From positions 124,001 through 188,000 of the forward strand of contig QPMI01000064.1 of the NCBI GenBank assembly GCA_004431415.1: 64,000 bases of DNA, read 5' to 3'. Shown one piece after another: positions 1 through 12,300 of the stretch (the stretch's first letter is position 1; each line of letters begins with the position of its first letter). The position numbers and the translations under genes are program-made. The notes beneath the pieces were generated by a model. That model saw only the letters and a program-made list of their open reading frames with translations. It did not search any database and was not told where the DNA came from. This DNA comes from Cyanophora paradoxa CCMP329 (Eukaryota > Plantae > Glaucophyta).

Positions 1-135
1 TGCGAAACGCGTAACATTAAATTCGAATTCAATTGAATTCGGAACACAGCACAAATGAACGCCGCGGTCGCGGGGCCGGCGGCGCACAGGACCGGAACCC
101 GGAAAAGTTTTAAAAGAGTATCGATTTGAACAGAG

Positions 136-1588
136 TTAATAGGGTATACGTATCGGGGCGTACCCGTAGGCGTGGAGGCGCTCGGAGCGGATGTACTCGA
201 CCATGCGACGGTACTGCTGGAACGCCGCCGTTATCCGCCCTGCGCATGCGCGCGCCCCCGGGCCCGCTTCAGCTCGCGCCCGTCGGCCTGCAGCTGTGCC
301 GCGCCGGGCGGCCGCCTCGGGTCCCGTGGGGCCCGGGCGCACTTGCGCGGAAGAGGACGTAGACGAGGCTCTGCGAGGCGGAGCGGGGCGCCTCAGGCCG
401 AGGAGGGGGGGGGGGGGGGGGGGGGGGCTTCGGAAGGAGGAGGGGAGGGGGGGGGGAGAGGGGGGGGAGAGCAGCTGCAGCTGCAGGCGGGGCCGGGCGA
501 CTCGGGGGCGGGGAGAGGGCCGGAGAGGGAATGGGATGGGTGGGAAGGGAGGAGGAGGGGGGGGAGGGGGGGGGAAGGGGAAGGTGGAGGGGGGTTGCGG
601 ACGGCGTGGAGGCGGACGATCTTCTGGCGGAGGGGCACGCGCATCGCCTCGAGCACGGCGAGGCTCCGCTGCGCGAGGGCCACCGCCGCATCCCACCGCT
701 TCCCCTGGCTCGCCCGCACGACTGCACCCGCGGACGCACGTGCACGGCCAGCCGCCCACGTGAACCTTCGGCCACCGCCGGCGCGCGGTGGCGGCAGGTC
801 TAGGTGCGCATGCGCATGCGCACACTCGCTCATGTGGGCGTCCACCTCTACCATACGGTCGTCGTCCGTCTCCGTGTACCAGTACCTGCCGCCGCGCGCG
901 TTAACGTTGCGGGCGTGATCATGAGGCATGCGCAGTTGCAATCGCGGGCGAGCCCCGGCGGCCGCAGGCCGGCCGTCCGGATCCGCGAGCTCGAGCGGCC
1001 CAATCAATCGCATGTTCAGCAACGCTGCGCGGGCGCGCGGGGGGCGGACATGCGGTCGATGAAGTGGTCGGCCATGTCGAGCCGGTCTGTATAGAGGTGC
1101 ACTGAGGCCAGGAACCGCAGCACCCGCGCCTGCTCGCCCCAGCGCGCCCGCTCACTGAGTCAGCGGGGGGCGGGGGCGGGGGCGGGATCGGGGGCGGGGT
1201 TGGTGGTGCCTCGAGGCGGGACGGGGAGAGGCCGGCTTTCAGGAGGAGGCTCCACGCCGCAAAGAGCGGCTCCGCGCAGTCCTCCGGCCGCTATACCCCC
1301 GCCGCGGTTCGGCGGTCAGCACCGGCGCGGGCCCCAACCCCTCTCCAAAGTGCCTGCGCTAGCGCTGCAACCTCCGGATCCGCGACCATCCCTTCCCTCC
1401 CTCCCCGAGGCAGGCTGCAGGCGTATGTACGTAGGGCGAGTCCTGCACCTTCTCGCAGAAGGCGATGCAGGCCTGAAGGAAGAGCGCCTCGAATTGCAAC
1501 TCCGGCGCCGCGTTCGCCCAGTCCGCCCCGATCCGCAGCGCCTTCGTCGCCAGCTGCCCCGCCCCGCAGCCTCGCCGGCAATGCAGAA

Positions 1589-1629
<41 letters not shown>

Positions 1630-4570
1630 CGGGGCGCGCCTGGTTGTAGCAATCGGGCCGGATAAGAAGCATGTCGTTCGTCACCATGATCTGGCGGGTG
1701 CGTTACAATCAGCGGGCGTAATACCGGCGGGGGGAGGGCGGGTGGGTGGCCGCGGGAGGCCGCACGTTGCTCACCGGCTCGATGCCGAGGGCAGCGCAGA
1801 GGTTGCAGCAGTGAGCGACCATTGCCCGCGCGTCCTCCCCGCGCTTCCAGGTGTCAGGACTGCCGCCGCCCCCGGGCCCCGGCCCGGCCCGATCGCGATC
1901 AGCCTCGACGCCGCGAACGCGATGGCGATCACGATCGGAAGGGGGTCGCGAGCGCACGCGGCGATGATGGCGGACAGAAGAGACGCTACCACCGCGTCCG
2001 ACTGCGCAGAGCGTGCGCAGAGCCGCGTCAACGGGGTCGAAGTCCGGCCCGCGGCGTCGGATTCCGGCTCGAGTGGGGGGGAGGGGGGGGGGAGGGGGGG
2101 AGGGGAGGGGGGGAGGGCGGGCGCGCGCGCGCGCGCACGGCGGCGGCGCGGCGGGCGGCGCGGCGGACGGCGTGGAGTGCGCGGTGGAAACTCTCCCGCC
2201 CCGCCAGCGTCCTCATCAGCGGCGTGTCCAGCACCTGCCGCGAGGGGCGCGGGCGGCGCCCGGCGTACGCGTGAGCGGCGCTCACGTGTACAGCGCTAGC
2301 AGCGCGCTCGCGGCGCCGGTGCCGGCCCCACTGGGCGCACGCGGGGGTCGGAGAGGAGCATGGCGAGGTGCTCGAAGCCGCCAGCGCCCCCCGCCGCCTC
2401 CAGCCGGCCCACCGCCTGCCGCCCCGTCACTTGAGATGGAGGAGGGGAGTGGGCGGGCCGCGGGGGGTGGGAGCGCCTCTTCGACAGCGCAGATGAAGGA
2501 GACACGGTCAGCCTCGGAGACGTGCAGGAAGGGCGCCGGCACCCCGAAGTCCCACACCACCACTGCCCTGCCGCCCCCGGCCGGACCGAGCTTATAATTA
2601 GCTTGGGTTCTAAGCGCGGGCGGCCGCGGGGGCGTGCCCGCGCGTAGAGGCAGATCTAGACGTCGCCCCGGCCCCTCCAGCGCCTATCTCCGCGCGCCCG
2701 CCGGCGCACCCGAGGTCGAAGCTGCTCCTGAGAGGCTCCCTGACGTGCTGGAGGATCCTGATGCTGGCCGGCATGGGGCGCTGCGAGCTCGTGGGCGCCT
2801 CCCCAGATCCAGAGCCCGGCGCCGGCAATCGCGAAGGTCCCGATCGCAAGGGCTCAGGCGGCGGCGGCTGCGCATGCGGCGGTGGCGCCGTCGCAATCGA
2901 TGCCGGCTCGAGCTTCGGCTCCGGTCGGCTCGGAGCTGGCTCGGCCCGCCGCCGCTCGGAGCTGTCGCCCGCGCGGCAGCGGCGCCCGGCGGCGGCGGCG
3001 ATCGGCCGCGCATGCGCATGCGGCGCACGAGAAGAGCGTGGAGGCCTCGAGCTCCTCGAAGGGGTTCCCCTCCGCAGCCTCCAGCGCGCCCCGCGGCCGG
3101 CCCTGCGCCGCCGCCGCCCGAGTCCTCTCTCAGGGCCCCCATCGCAAGAGAGGGCGATTGCGAGGGTCTAAATCTGCCGAGGGGAGGATGCCGGGGCGGG
3201 GCAGCGCCCACGTGCACCCCGCTAGCGCTGTCCCAGGCCGTCGCGCGGACTGCTGCAGCTGGGGGTCCTTGCCCGCGCGCCGGCGGGACCGCCGGGGCTG
3301 GCCATATGCATGGGCGCCCTCGCAATTGGGGGCCGGCTCGCGATCGCCGCGGAAGCCTGCTCCGCCGCTCTAGCGAGCACCCTCTCCAGGCGGCTGCGGC
3401 GCCCGCCCGTTCCAACAATTCGCAAAATCATGATCATGATCAGCTGCAGGCCCCCTGCGAATTCGAATCGAAGCCCCGGAGTCCGCGGACCTTGTCATGT
3501 CGTCGGATATGAAGAAAGGCTTGTCCCCTGCCGCGGCGCTGCGTCAGGAATTCGAACGGAGCGTTGCAGAGGCGCCGGCGCCGGCGGCGGGGGCGGGGCG
3601 CACGGTCCCCCTGATCGCGATCACGATCGCGAGCCTCGCGATCGAGCTCCTGATCGCGATTCCCGTCCGCCTCGGTGCTGCGAGCCCGGTGGGCGGGGGT
3701 ACGGCAAACGCTGGGCGCGCCAGCGCGAGGGGGAGAAGCTTAAGAGGGGGGTACCCGGATCCGGAGGCGTCGACGTCATTGGCAGCGATCATCAGAGCGC
3801 CGAAAGCGTCGATGAGCCCCTCGGGCTGAGGCGCCGGCGGGGGGTATACGCAGAGGGGGGCGGTGGATTCGAACGGGAAGGCGGATGTGGCCATGTGTGG
3901 ACAGGTGGCCGTGGCCACGGTTGGGGGAGGGGGGGCGGGGGGTTCCAGGCGGCCGTCGGAGGAGGAGGGAACAGATCTAGAACCCTCGCCGAATCCAAGC
4001 GCCCGCCGCTTGCGGGGGACGGACCCCTCCTGTACCCCTTGTTGCTTGACTTCCACCGCGGTACCCCTGCTTTCCAGAAGAAGCAGGGCGGGTTCCCACG
4101 AGACGAGCACGTTTGGGGCGCAGTCGTCCGCGGCCCAGAAGCAATCCAGGTACCCTTCCCAAAGTCCAGGAACCGATCGCGAATTTCTGGGGGGTTTGAA
4201 CCTGCGGCCCGCGTGTGCACGTCGGCGGCGCGGGGGCAGGGGTACCGGCGGGGCCGGGGCAGCTGCAAGGCACCCAAACGCCTCGATGGAGTCTCCCCCC
4301 GGTCCAATATTCAGCAGTATGGCGCCGCCCGGCGTCTTGACCTGCGGGTCGCCCGTCGTCAACAGGAGGTTCAGTCCTTGAGGTCCTCGGGGCCGGCGGC
4401 GGACCCCGGCGCACCGGCGCCGCCTGAGGGGCGAAGAAGGCCGGCACGAGGCGGGCGGTGTCCCGCGACTCGGGCCCAGGGCGCAGGGCGATGCGGACGG
4501 CGGCGCCGCCCGGCAGAAATGGTGCGTCATTTGCATGAAGATCGATATCAGCACCCGCGGCATGCGCAGC
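136..4570 (-). CDS. Multi-exon protein-coding gene of unknown function (3' exons well supported, 5' extent uncertain)
   Basis: GT-AG joining of exons 721-603, 370-343 and 239-136 gives one frame: ...RWDAAVALAQRSLAVLEAMRVPLRQKIVRLHA|SLVYVLFRA|RRITAAFQQYRRMVEYIRSERLHAYGYAPIRIPY*. Further coding-like stretches lie upstream (RVLRFLASVHLYTDRLDMADHF ~1130-1050; ALRIGADWANAAPELQFEALFLQACIAFCEK ~1545-1450; VVWDFGVPAPFLHVSEADRVSFICAVEEAL ~2563-2470; LWEGYLDCFWAADDC ~4165-4120). I have not shown that these belong to the same gene. Confidence 0.5.
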
Positions 4571-5033
4571 CGCGGCCTGGACCTCCGGGCTCCTAGGCCT
4601 GATGCGAAGGCGGTAGATCGTGCGGGGCCATGTCGAGACGCGCAGCAGCTGGCGCCCGCCCGCCAGCGCCGGGGCAACGCCCTCCCAGGCCGCAGTGCAC
4701 GTGGGCGATCGCGAGGCGGTGTCGAGTTGGAGGAGCGTGACCGCGGCCGTCGCCGCGCCGCCGTGGCCGCGCACGCGCATGCGCAGCGGCGAGCTTTTCG
4801 GCGCGCCAAGCCTTGCAGATCTCGGCGCCCCAAGATGGCGGGCGCCGCGCGGCGCTCCTGTAAAGAATTCTCCTTCGGCGCGCCAAGATGGCTTGGCTCC
4901 TTCGCGCCAAGATGGCGGGGCGCGGCCGTGCGCATGCGCCGCGGTGCGCGTCGACGTCGATGTCAGTCCGGCTGCATTTAATTTGCTACGAAATGAATTT
5001 GGGACTCTCGAATTTGTGAGTATACGTAATTTG

Positions 5034-5060
5034 TTTTTGAGAGACTACGGTGGGGCGAAC
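5034..5060 (-). mobile_element. 27-bp copy of the 3' tip of the adjacent retro-insertion
   Basis: tttttgagagactacggtggggcgaac is identical to 5204-5230. Confidence 0.6.
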
Positions 5061-5200
5061 AGGCCCGCATGCGCAGACTAGTACTGGCTCTACGTATACT
5101 CTAGATCTGCGCTGCAGTCGACCATCGACGTTACTAAGTTAGATCTAGGCTAGACGTACGCGTCGACGTTGCGAAGTTATCGTAGTATTGTTTTTAATCA

Positions 5201-6693
5201 TTTTTTTTGAGAGACTACGGTGGGGCGAACCCCCCGTAGGTAGTGATATTAAAGACAACAAAGCAATCACAAATCAAAGATACAGTAAACTAGCACAAAA
5301 TATATACAGAATCAAGAGGGATCACGAGAAGGGACACGATCAGAAGAACGCAAAAGATAAGGAGAACGAGCACGAGGAGAAGGAGTAGAAGAGCTCAAGG
5401 GCGTCGACGCAGAAGTACTAGTCACACTAGAACGACGAGGAGCACGGGGACGCAGCAAATAAGGAGAACGAGCACGAGGAACTACAGTCGAAGACGAAGA
5501 TCTAGACGAAGACGACAAGACAGAGCTAACAGCAGAACTAGAAGACGTAGTCGCAGGAGGCAAAGGCGGTAGAACAGTAGGAGAGGCGAAACGTAGGACA
5601 CCACTAGAGGGGAAAGTCGAAGCTGGCGGAGTGTCTAAACGGAATCGAGATTGTAGAGTTGGTAAAACAATGGACGGCTGAAGACTAATCTGTGGAACTG
5701 GGGACGACACGAGGAAAGGGGCAGAGCTCGGGTGCAGACTCGGAATCGGCAGTATAAGAGGTTGGGCGAAACGCAAGCCAGTAGTGACAGGGAAGGCAGA
5801 CGATGGGGCTGAACCAGGCGGGAGAGGCAAATATAGCGAAGTAGAAGAGAGAGAAGGGTACACACGAGGAACGTCACCATACACAAAATACTCGCTGCCA
5901 AAAACTATACGGTCTGACGGTCGCTGACTCAGTGAAGATAAAGAGGCGGAACTGCCTGAGGGCTAACAGTGAGAGATGGAGGAGGAAGAGGCAGAGCTAA
6001 CGACAAAGGGAACGGAATCAAAGGTACAGGGAAGGCATGGAATACACGAGGAACTGGAAGGTGGAGGGGGCCAGTGCTCCTAACTAACATCGATGAAGCA
6101 TCTGATGGAGGTGACGGCAAAACAACTGAGGGTAAACTAAGTTGAGGTGAAGCGAAGATTGATACAAGACTATCATGAATCAAAGGGGGCCATGCAGGAA
6201 CCGGCGGGCGAGGTGGATCTGGCGGGACAGCCAGAGGGAAGCCGAAGGTACAGGAGAGGAAAGCCGCAGGCGCCGAGACACATGGACAGGGGACGGATCG
6301 GCATCGGGAGGCAAGGTTGAATTCGACGGAGACCGGGGGCGGCGGATTCGTGAAACGGAAGGTATCAGAGAAGGACTAGGGGGGGGGCAGGGAAGTACGG
6401 AGCCGCTGAGCAGGTGGCGACGGTGAGGGTGCAGGGGAGCGAATCCGTCGCAAAGTTGGAACAGGCTGACGGGGCTCGGCATATGTAGCCGCAGCTGCAG
6501 GAGCTGGAGCAAGCACTGGGGGTGCCGGATCCGGAGACTGGAGGCGGGGGCGCTGGGCAGGAGGCACAGGATCTGGAGGATTCTCTGAACTAGAGGGGGT
6601 TCGAGGTCGGCGAACGCCACGGGCGTTAGCAGGATGTTTATCAGCCCGAACATGACGGTCACGATCAGCAGAAGACTGAAAGTTCTTCCCACA
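5201..6693 (-). mobile_element. 5'-truncated non-LTR retroelement copy (1.49 kb)
   Basis: Perfect 15-bp TSD tattgtttttaatca at 5186-5200 and 6694-6708. T8 at 5201-5208 is a poly(A) tail on the minus strand. A 3' stem-loop lies at 5215-5239. The first bases on the minus strand translate to CGKNFQSSADRDRHVRADKH (second half of a C2H2 finger), followed by Pro/Ser-rich sequence. Confidence 0.85.
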
Positions 6694-7892
6694 TATTGTT
6701 TTTAATCAGTTAATAATTAGTTATTAGTTGATTATTAATTACTTTCCCATACAAGTTGATACAACACGCGCTCTAAGGCAGACTGAGGGCGCCCCGCTGC
6801 GTTCTGTCGATATCGATGCCAGACGCGATGCAAACACACTCCAATATTAATTGAGCATACAATTTGATACAAAGCATGCAAGAGTCGCGGGACTCGCGGG
6901 AGTCGCGGCTAGACTATAGTCTATAGACTGCCAGGTTACCGGTATGATCATACTATGATGGCGGTCATCGGCGGTTTGTGCTAACACGAGGAAAACCTTC
7001 GTACCAGCGTTTCGCACCCTACGGTTCAAAAACAAATTGCTTCACATGAGCCACACGACTAGAAAAACGGACTGCGGCGGTAAAAATTGCGTGTACCCTG
7101 GATATTCGCGATCGTGTAAAAACAGTGATCAGAATCGGAGCCTCCGAGCTCTTAGCTCTAGGAGCCTTCAAGCTGTCTCAGCCTGTCTGATCCTGTTGTG
7201 GGCTGTACCCGCGCCGCGTACCGAGTACTACCGACTCTACTACCGAGCTGCTGTCAACGTTATGTTGCTGCTACCCCTGGTAGCTATATATAGGCTATAG
7301 CGCTATAGCCTATATATAGCCTATAGCTAGCGTTGTGAGCGCCTTCGAGTCTGTGATCGACTCGAATTTCGCTGATCCCACAGTAAGTTGCCTGTAACTG
7401 ATTTCCACTGGGCCAGACTTCCCAGTGCATCATCCCAGGATCCCATTCCAGTTACCGGCGAAACTTGAAACTCCGAGCGCGGGCCTGTGGCGCGGCCGGC
7501 GCCCTTCACGATCGATATCACCTCATCGGCTAGCTATAGAACTTCAGCTTCCGAAGTACTTCGATCAGTTTCAGCTTCAGCCCCCGCGCGCCATGTCGTC
7601 CGCCGCCGCCTAATATTAATATAAGCCTGCTACACGACGAGCGGTGTGCACGTGTGGCGCCGCCGCCGGGCCGCGCCCGGGCGTCGGCGCGCGCTCGCTA
7701 TACTTACGTACGAAATGTTCATGGCCCATGGCCAGCGGCGGCCTCTCTCTACTCGGCGTGCAGCCAGCGGCCTCTTCAATTCATGCCTGCTTCATTACTT
7801 GAATATGCTGGCTTGCAATTGTAGCTTACTGAAGTTAATCTCAATTGCCGCTCGCGAGTTAGACTTGATGATTTAATTTCGCGTTCTGATCA

Positions 7893-8550
7893 TGGGCCGC
7901 TCGATCCTTGACTGCGGATCGAATTCAGCCACATGTACAACTGCTCGGATTCGGCGCCGCTCGCCCTTGGAACGAGCCTTGGAACGACGACCGACCCGTG
8001 AGCGCGCGCGCCCGGCCTCGAACCCCTTCAAACGTCTTATATCCGGGCACGCGTCAGGTCGAGCTGCCCCGCGGGGGCCCTTGGGGGCTTCAAGGCCGGC
8101 GCCACGGGCGCCACCTGCCGGCCCCTCGCCAACCTCTACCGGGCCGGATCCACGTTCGTAACTATAGCGCCGACCCCCGCGGCCGCCCCGAAACTGCAGC
8201 TTTGGATCTGACCGCGCGGCTCCGGTCCGCCCAGGTGGCAGCCGGCGACGCTGGACGCGGCCGGCAACCTCCTCGTCCCCTACGACGCCCAGGCCGCTCG
8301 ACGCTTGACTTCAGCCACAACTGCTCGGACGCGGCGCCGCTCGCCTTTGGAACGACGACCGACCCGTGAGCGCGCGCGCCCGGCCTCGGATCGGACCCCT
8401 TCGAAAGCTTAAGTGTTATGTATGTCCGGACACGCGGCAGGTCGAGCTGCCCCGCGGCCGCGCCCGGCGGGGGCCCTGCCAGGCTGGGCGGCTTCCGGGC
8501 CGGCGCCACGCCCGCCGCCTGCCGGCCCCTCGCGAGCCTCAACCGGGCCG
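7893..8550 (+). repeat. Diverged local duplication (~7893-8140 vs ~8291-8550)
   Basis: Shared blocks in the same order, e.g. ttggaacgacgaccgacccgtgagcgcgcgcgcccggcctcg and caggtcgagctgccccgcgg. Confidence 0.7.
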
Positions 8551-8998
8551 AAACTCATCTCCCAGCTCCCCAGGAACGCACTACAAGGCGGTGACGACGG
8601 CCAAGCTGGTGGACTCCGCCACGGGCGAGGCGGCGGCGACGCTGCTGGAGGGCCAAGTCGGGGTCTGCACCGCCCTCCCCAGCGGCGTCCGGCGCCTCGA
8701 CGACGAGCCCCAGGCTAGGTCGGCCCCGCCGGCCGGTCCGGGCCCCCCTCCACCCTCTCTTCGAGAAGTCTGACGGCCCCGCAGACCGCCGAGGAGGAGG
8801 CGGGAGCAGAGGCGGAGGCGGAGGCGGAGGCGGGGGCTGCGTTGTCGGGCGGGCTCGAGCCGGAGGACGAGCTGCAGCTGCTGGCCGGGTTTGAGTTGAA
8901 CTTTGAGGTGCGTTTCTAATTATAAATTCTAGCCGTTACTCCCGCACCGAACGGATCGTCAGGATCTGGAGGGTATGGTGGCCCTGGGCGATGCTTGA
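8234..8998 (+). CDS. 3' exons of a spliced gene or gene fragment of unknown function with an acidic C-terminus
   Basis: Exons 8574-8713 (THYKAVTTAKLVDSATGEAAATLLEGQVGVC..., GC donor), 8785-8907 (TAEEEAGAEAEAE...FELNFE) and 8963-8998 (DLEGMVALGDA*) join in frame. No start codon identified. Confidence 0.45.
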
Positions 8999-9363
8999 AT
9001 ATCAATACATGATCATGAGGAAGCACATGATGATCACCTTGCCGATTCGGAAGCACAGCGTGGCCCAGTGGTCCGATTATATATATTGCATGTTGCGCAT
9101 GCGCATGTGTACGTATATATACCTATACATTTGAATGTCGGCTTGCAATCATTCCTCGAGCTCGACGCTGCAATGCATATATGCGGGGAGCTCGAGGGAG
9201 GTCCAGGGGGAAGGGGGGCGGGGCTGGAGGGATGGGATGGGAGCTCGGGGGGGGGGGGGGGGGGGGAGGGGGGGGGCGGGGCCGTTGCCGAGTCGCTTCC
9301 ATCCGGACCTCCGGTGCGTATACCTGCTAGCCTATATATATAGCTGGTAGTCGACGTCTCATA

Positions 9364-12300
9364 TCAGGCGAAGCCTCTTTCAGGCGAAGCCTCTTTCTCA
9401 AAACCAAAAACCGACGATCCTAATTCCTTTTTTAACCTTTTTTTCCACTCGAGATCCCCCCTGCTAAATAATTTCCGCGTCGCACTGCCTCGAGGACGAA
9501 TTATTAATTCTGCCTCGACACCGACGCGATTGCTCTAGACTACACAGCTGCCCGAACTCCCACACAGCCATTTTTAGCGTCCTGGCTCCCCTAAGACGAC
9601 CGCTCTCCCGTGGACGTCGCGCGAATATCGAATATTCCTCTGGATCAATTCCGATACTTAACCTCCGACAAACGCAGTCCGAGTCAGAAGGTGGGACCCG
9701 GTCCCGCCCGGTCCCGCGACAAAATCGCGCCAGGGACGCCCCAGAACGATACAGAATGACGCGCGAGGGCGAGCGCATCGCCGCAAACCCGATTTCGCGC
9801 GCCGTCGACGCTCCAGTGCGAAGAGTCGGCCGAAAATTTGATCCGGCCGATTCCGGCCGGTCCCGCGACGCGCGCAATCGATGCGTACGGGCGCGCATAG
9901 ACATAGCAGCGCCTGCGCACCCCGAAATCCGCTTTCGGAGCCGGAACAGCGCAGGAACGTACCCGACGGCAAAAATTCGATCCTAGACAGGCCCGGAGAT
10001 CTTTCGGCGCGCCCACGCCGCGGCGCATGCGCGGAACAATAGCATAAGCATTTGAGATGTAGACAGGGCATGCCGCACGCTTTACAGATGCGCCGGGCCG
10101 CGGGGACCCAGCCGACCCCAGAAATTCGATCCTTCACGGACCTGCACATCTTTCCGCGCGCCCTCGCATCCTCACGCGAGCGCATCGCTACAATATTCAG
10201 TTGAGATCTTTTTAAAGCTTTTCGCAAGCTCTGCGGGCGCGACAGGGCACGAGAACCCAGCCGACGCAAAAATTCGATCCTGAACGGGCCTGCACATCTT
10301 TCCGCGCGCCCACGCCGCGGCGCATGCTCAGAGCTATACAATATGCATTTGAGATATAGAAAAAGCCTTTCGCACGCTCTCTAAATGCGCCGGGCCGCGA
10401 GGACCCAGCCGACCCCGAAAATTCGATCCTGGACAGATCTGCGCATCTTTCCGCGCGCCCTCGCATCCTCACGCGAGCTTGAGCGCATCGCTACAATATG
10501 CATTTGAGATCGTTTTAAAGCTTTCCGCGAGCTCTGCGGGCGCGACAGCGCACGACAACCCAGCCGACGCCAAAAATTCGATCCTGGCCACGCCTGCACA
10601 TCTTTCCGCGCGCCCTCGCCTCCGCAACCCCGCACATCGATGCTATATGCATTCGAGATTCTGTTTAAGCGCTTCGCAAGCTCTGTGCATGCGCCTGGCC
10701 GCGAGAACCTCGCCCCTCCCGGGCCTCCTTCCCAACACAGACTACACAGCTGCCCGAACTCCCACACAGCCATTTTCAGCGTCCTGGCTCCCCTAAGACG
10801 ACCGCTCTCCCGTGGGCGTCGCGCGAATATCGAATATTCCTCTGGATCAATTCCGATACTTAACCTCCGACAAACGCAGTCCGAGTCAGAAGGTGGGACC
10901 CGGTCCCGCCCGGTCCCGCGACAAAATCGCGCCAGGGACGCCCCAGAACGATACAGAATGACGCGCGAGGGCGAGCGCATCGCCGCAAACCCGATTTCGC
11001 GCGCCGTCGACGCTCCAGTGCGAAGAGTCGGCCGAAAATTTGATCCGGCCGATTCCGGCCGGTCCCGCGACGCGCGCAATCGATGCGTACGGGCGCGCAT
11101 AGACATAGCAGCGCCTGCGCACCCCCGAAATCCGCTTTTCGGAGCCGGAACAGCGCAGGAACGTACCCGACGGCAAAAATTCGATCCTAGACAGGCCCGG
11201 AGATCTTTCGGCGCGCCCACGCCGCGGCGCATGCGCGGAACAATAGCATAAGCATTTGAGATGTAGACAGGGCATGCCGCACGCTTTACAGATGCGCCGG
11301 GCCGCGGGGACCCAGCCGACCCCAGAAATTCGATCCTTCACGGACCTGCACATCTTTCCGCGCGCCCTCGCATCCTCACGCGAGCGCATCGCTACAATAT
11401 TCAGTTGAGATCTTTTTAAAGCTTTTCGCAAGCTCTGCGGGCGCGACAGGGCACGAGAACCCAGCCGACGCAAAAATTCGATCCTGAACGGGCCTGCACA
11501 TCTTTCCGCGCGCCCACGCCGCGGCGCATGCTCAGAGCTATACAATATGCATTTGAGATATAGAAAAAGCCTTTCGCACGCTCTCTAAATGCGCCGGGCC
11601 GCGAGGACCCAGCCGACCCCGAAAATTCGATCCTGGACAGATCTGCGCATCTTTCCGCGCGCCCTCGCATCCTCACGCGAGCTCGAGCGCATCGCTACAA
11701 TATGCATTTGAGATCGTTTTAAAGCTTTCCGCGAGCTCTGCGGGCGCGACAGCGCACGACAACCCAGCCGACGCCAAAAATTCGATCCTGGCCACGCCTG
11801 CACATCTTTCCGCGCGCCCTCGCCTCCGCAACCCCGCACATCGATGCTATATGCATTCGAGATTCTGTTTAAGCGCTTCGCAAGCTCTGTGCATGCGCCT
11901 GGCCGCGAGAACCTCGCCCCTCCCGGGCCTCCTTCCCAACAATATTATAAAAACAAACTCCTCTCAGTCTAGATCTGCTCCACCCTTTATTTCCTCAGTA
12001 CATTAATATTCCTCTAGCCGGCCAGCGCTAGCTGGACTGGCCGTCATGATCAGCCAGCCAGCTTCCAGCCAGAAAGCTGTTCGCGATCGGCCAGGCCGCT
12101 GGCCACACTGGCCAGTGCCCAGGTGTGCCCTATATATATAGGCCTACTGTGACAGCCGCGAGGGCGTCCGCGAGGCTTCGCCGTACTTAGTGCTCCGCAG
12201 GAGCACGGATCTTGTCTCAAACCCAAAAAGAAACGTGCCAAATTCCTTTTTTAACCTTTTTTTCCACTCGAGATCCCCCCTGCTGAATAATTTCCGTGTC

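Noticed and set aside
404-1630. Long poly-G tracts as telomeric or special structures
   Set aside because: They fall in predicted introns (poly-C on the coding strand), and their lengths are unreliable in long-read assemblies.
6180-6692. 170-aa ORF with an apparent signal peptide
   Set aside because: It begins at the truncation point of a TSD-flanked retro-insertion. The overlapping frame with the C2H2 motif is more credible.
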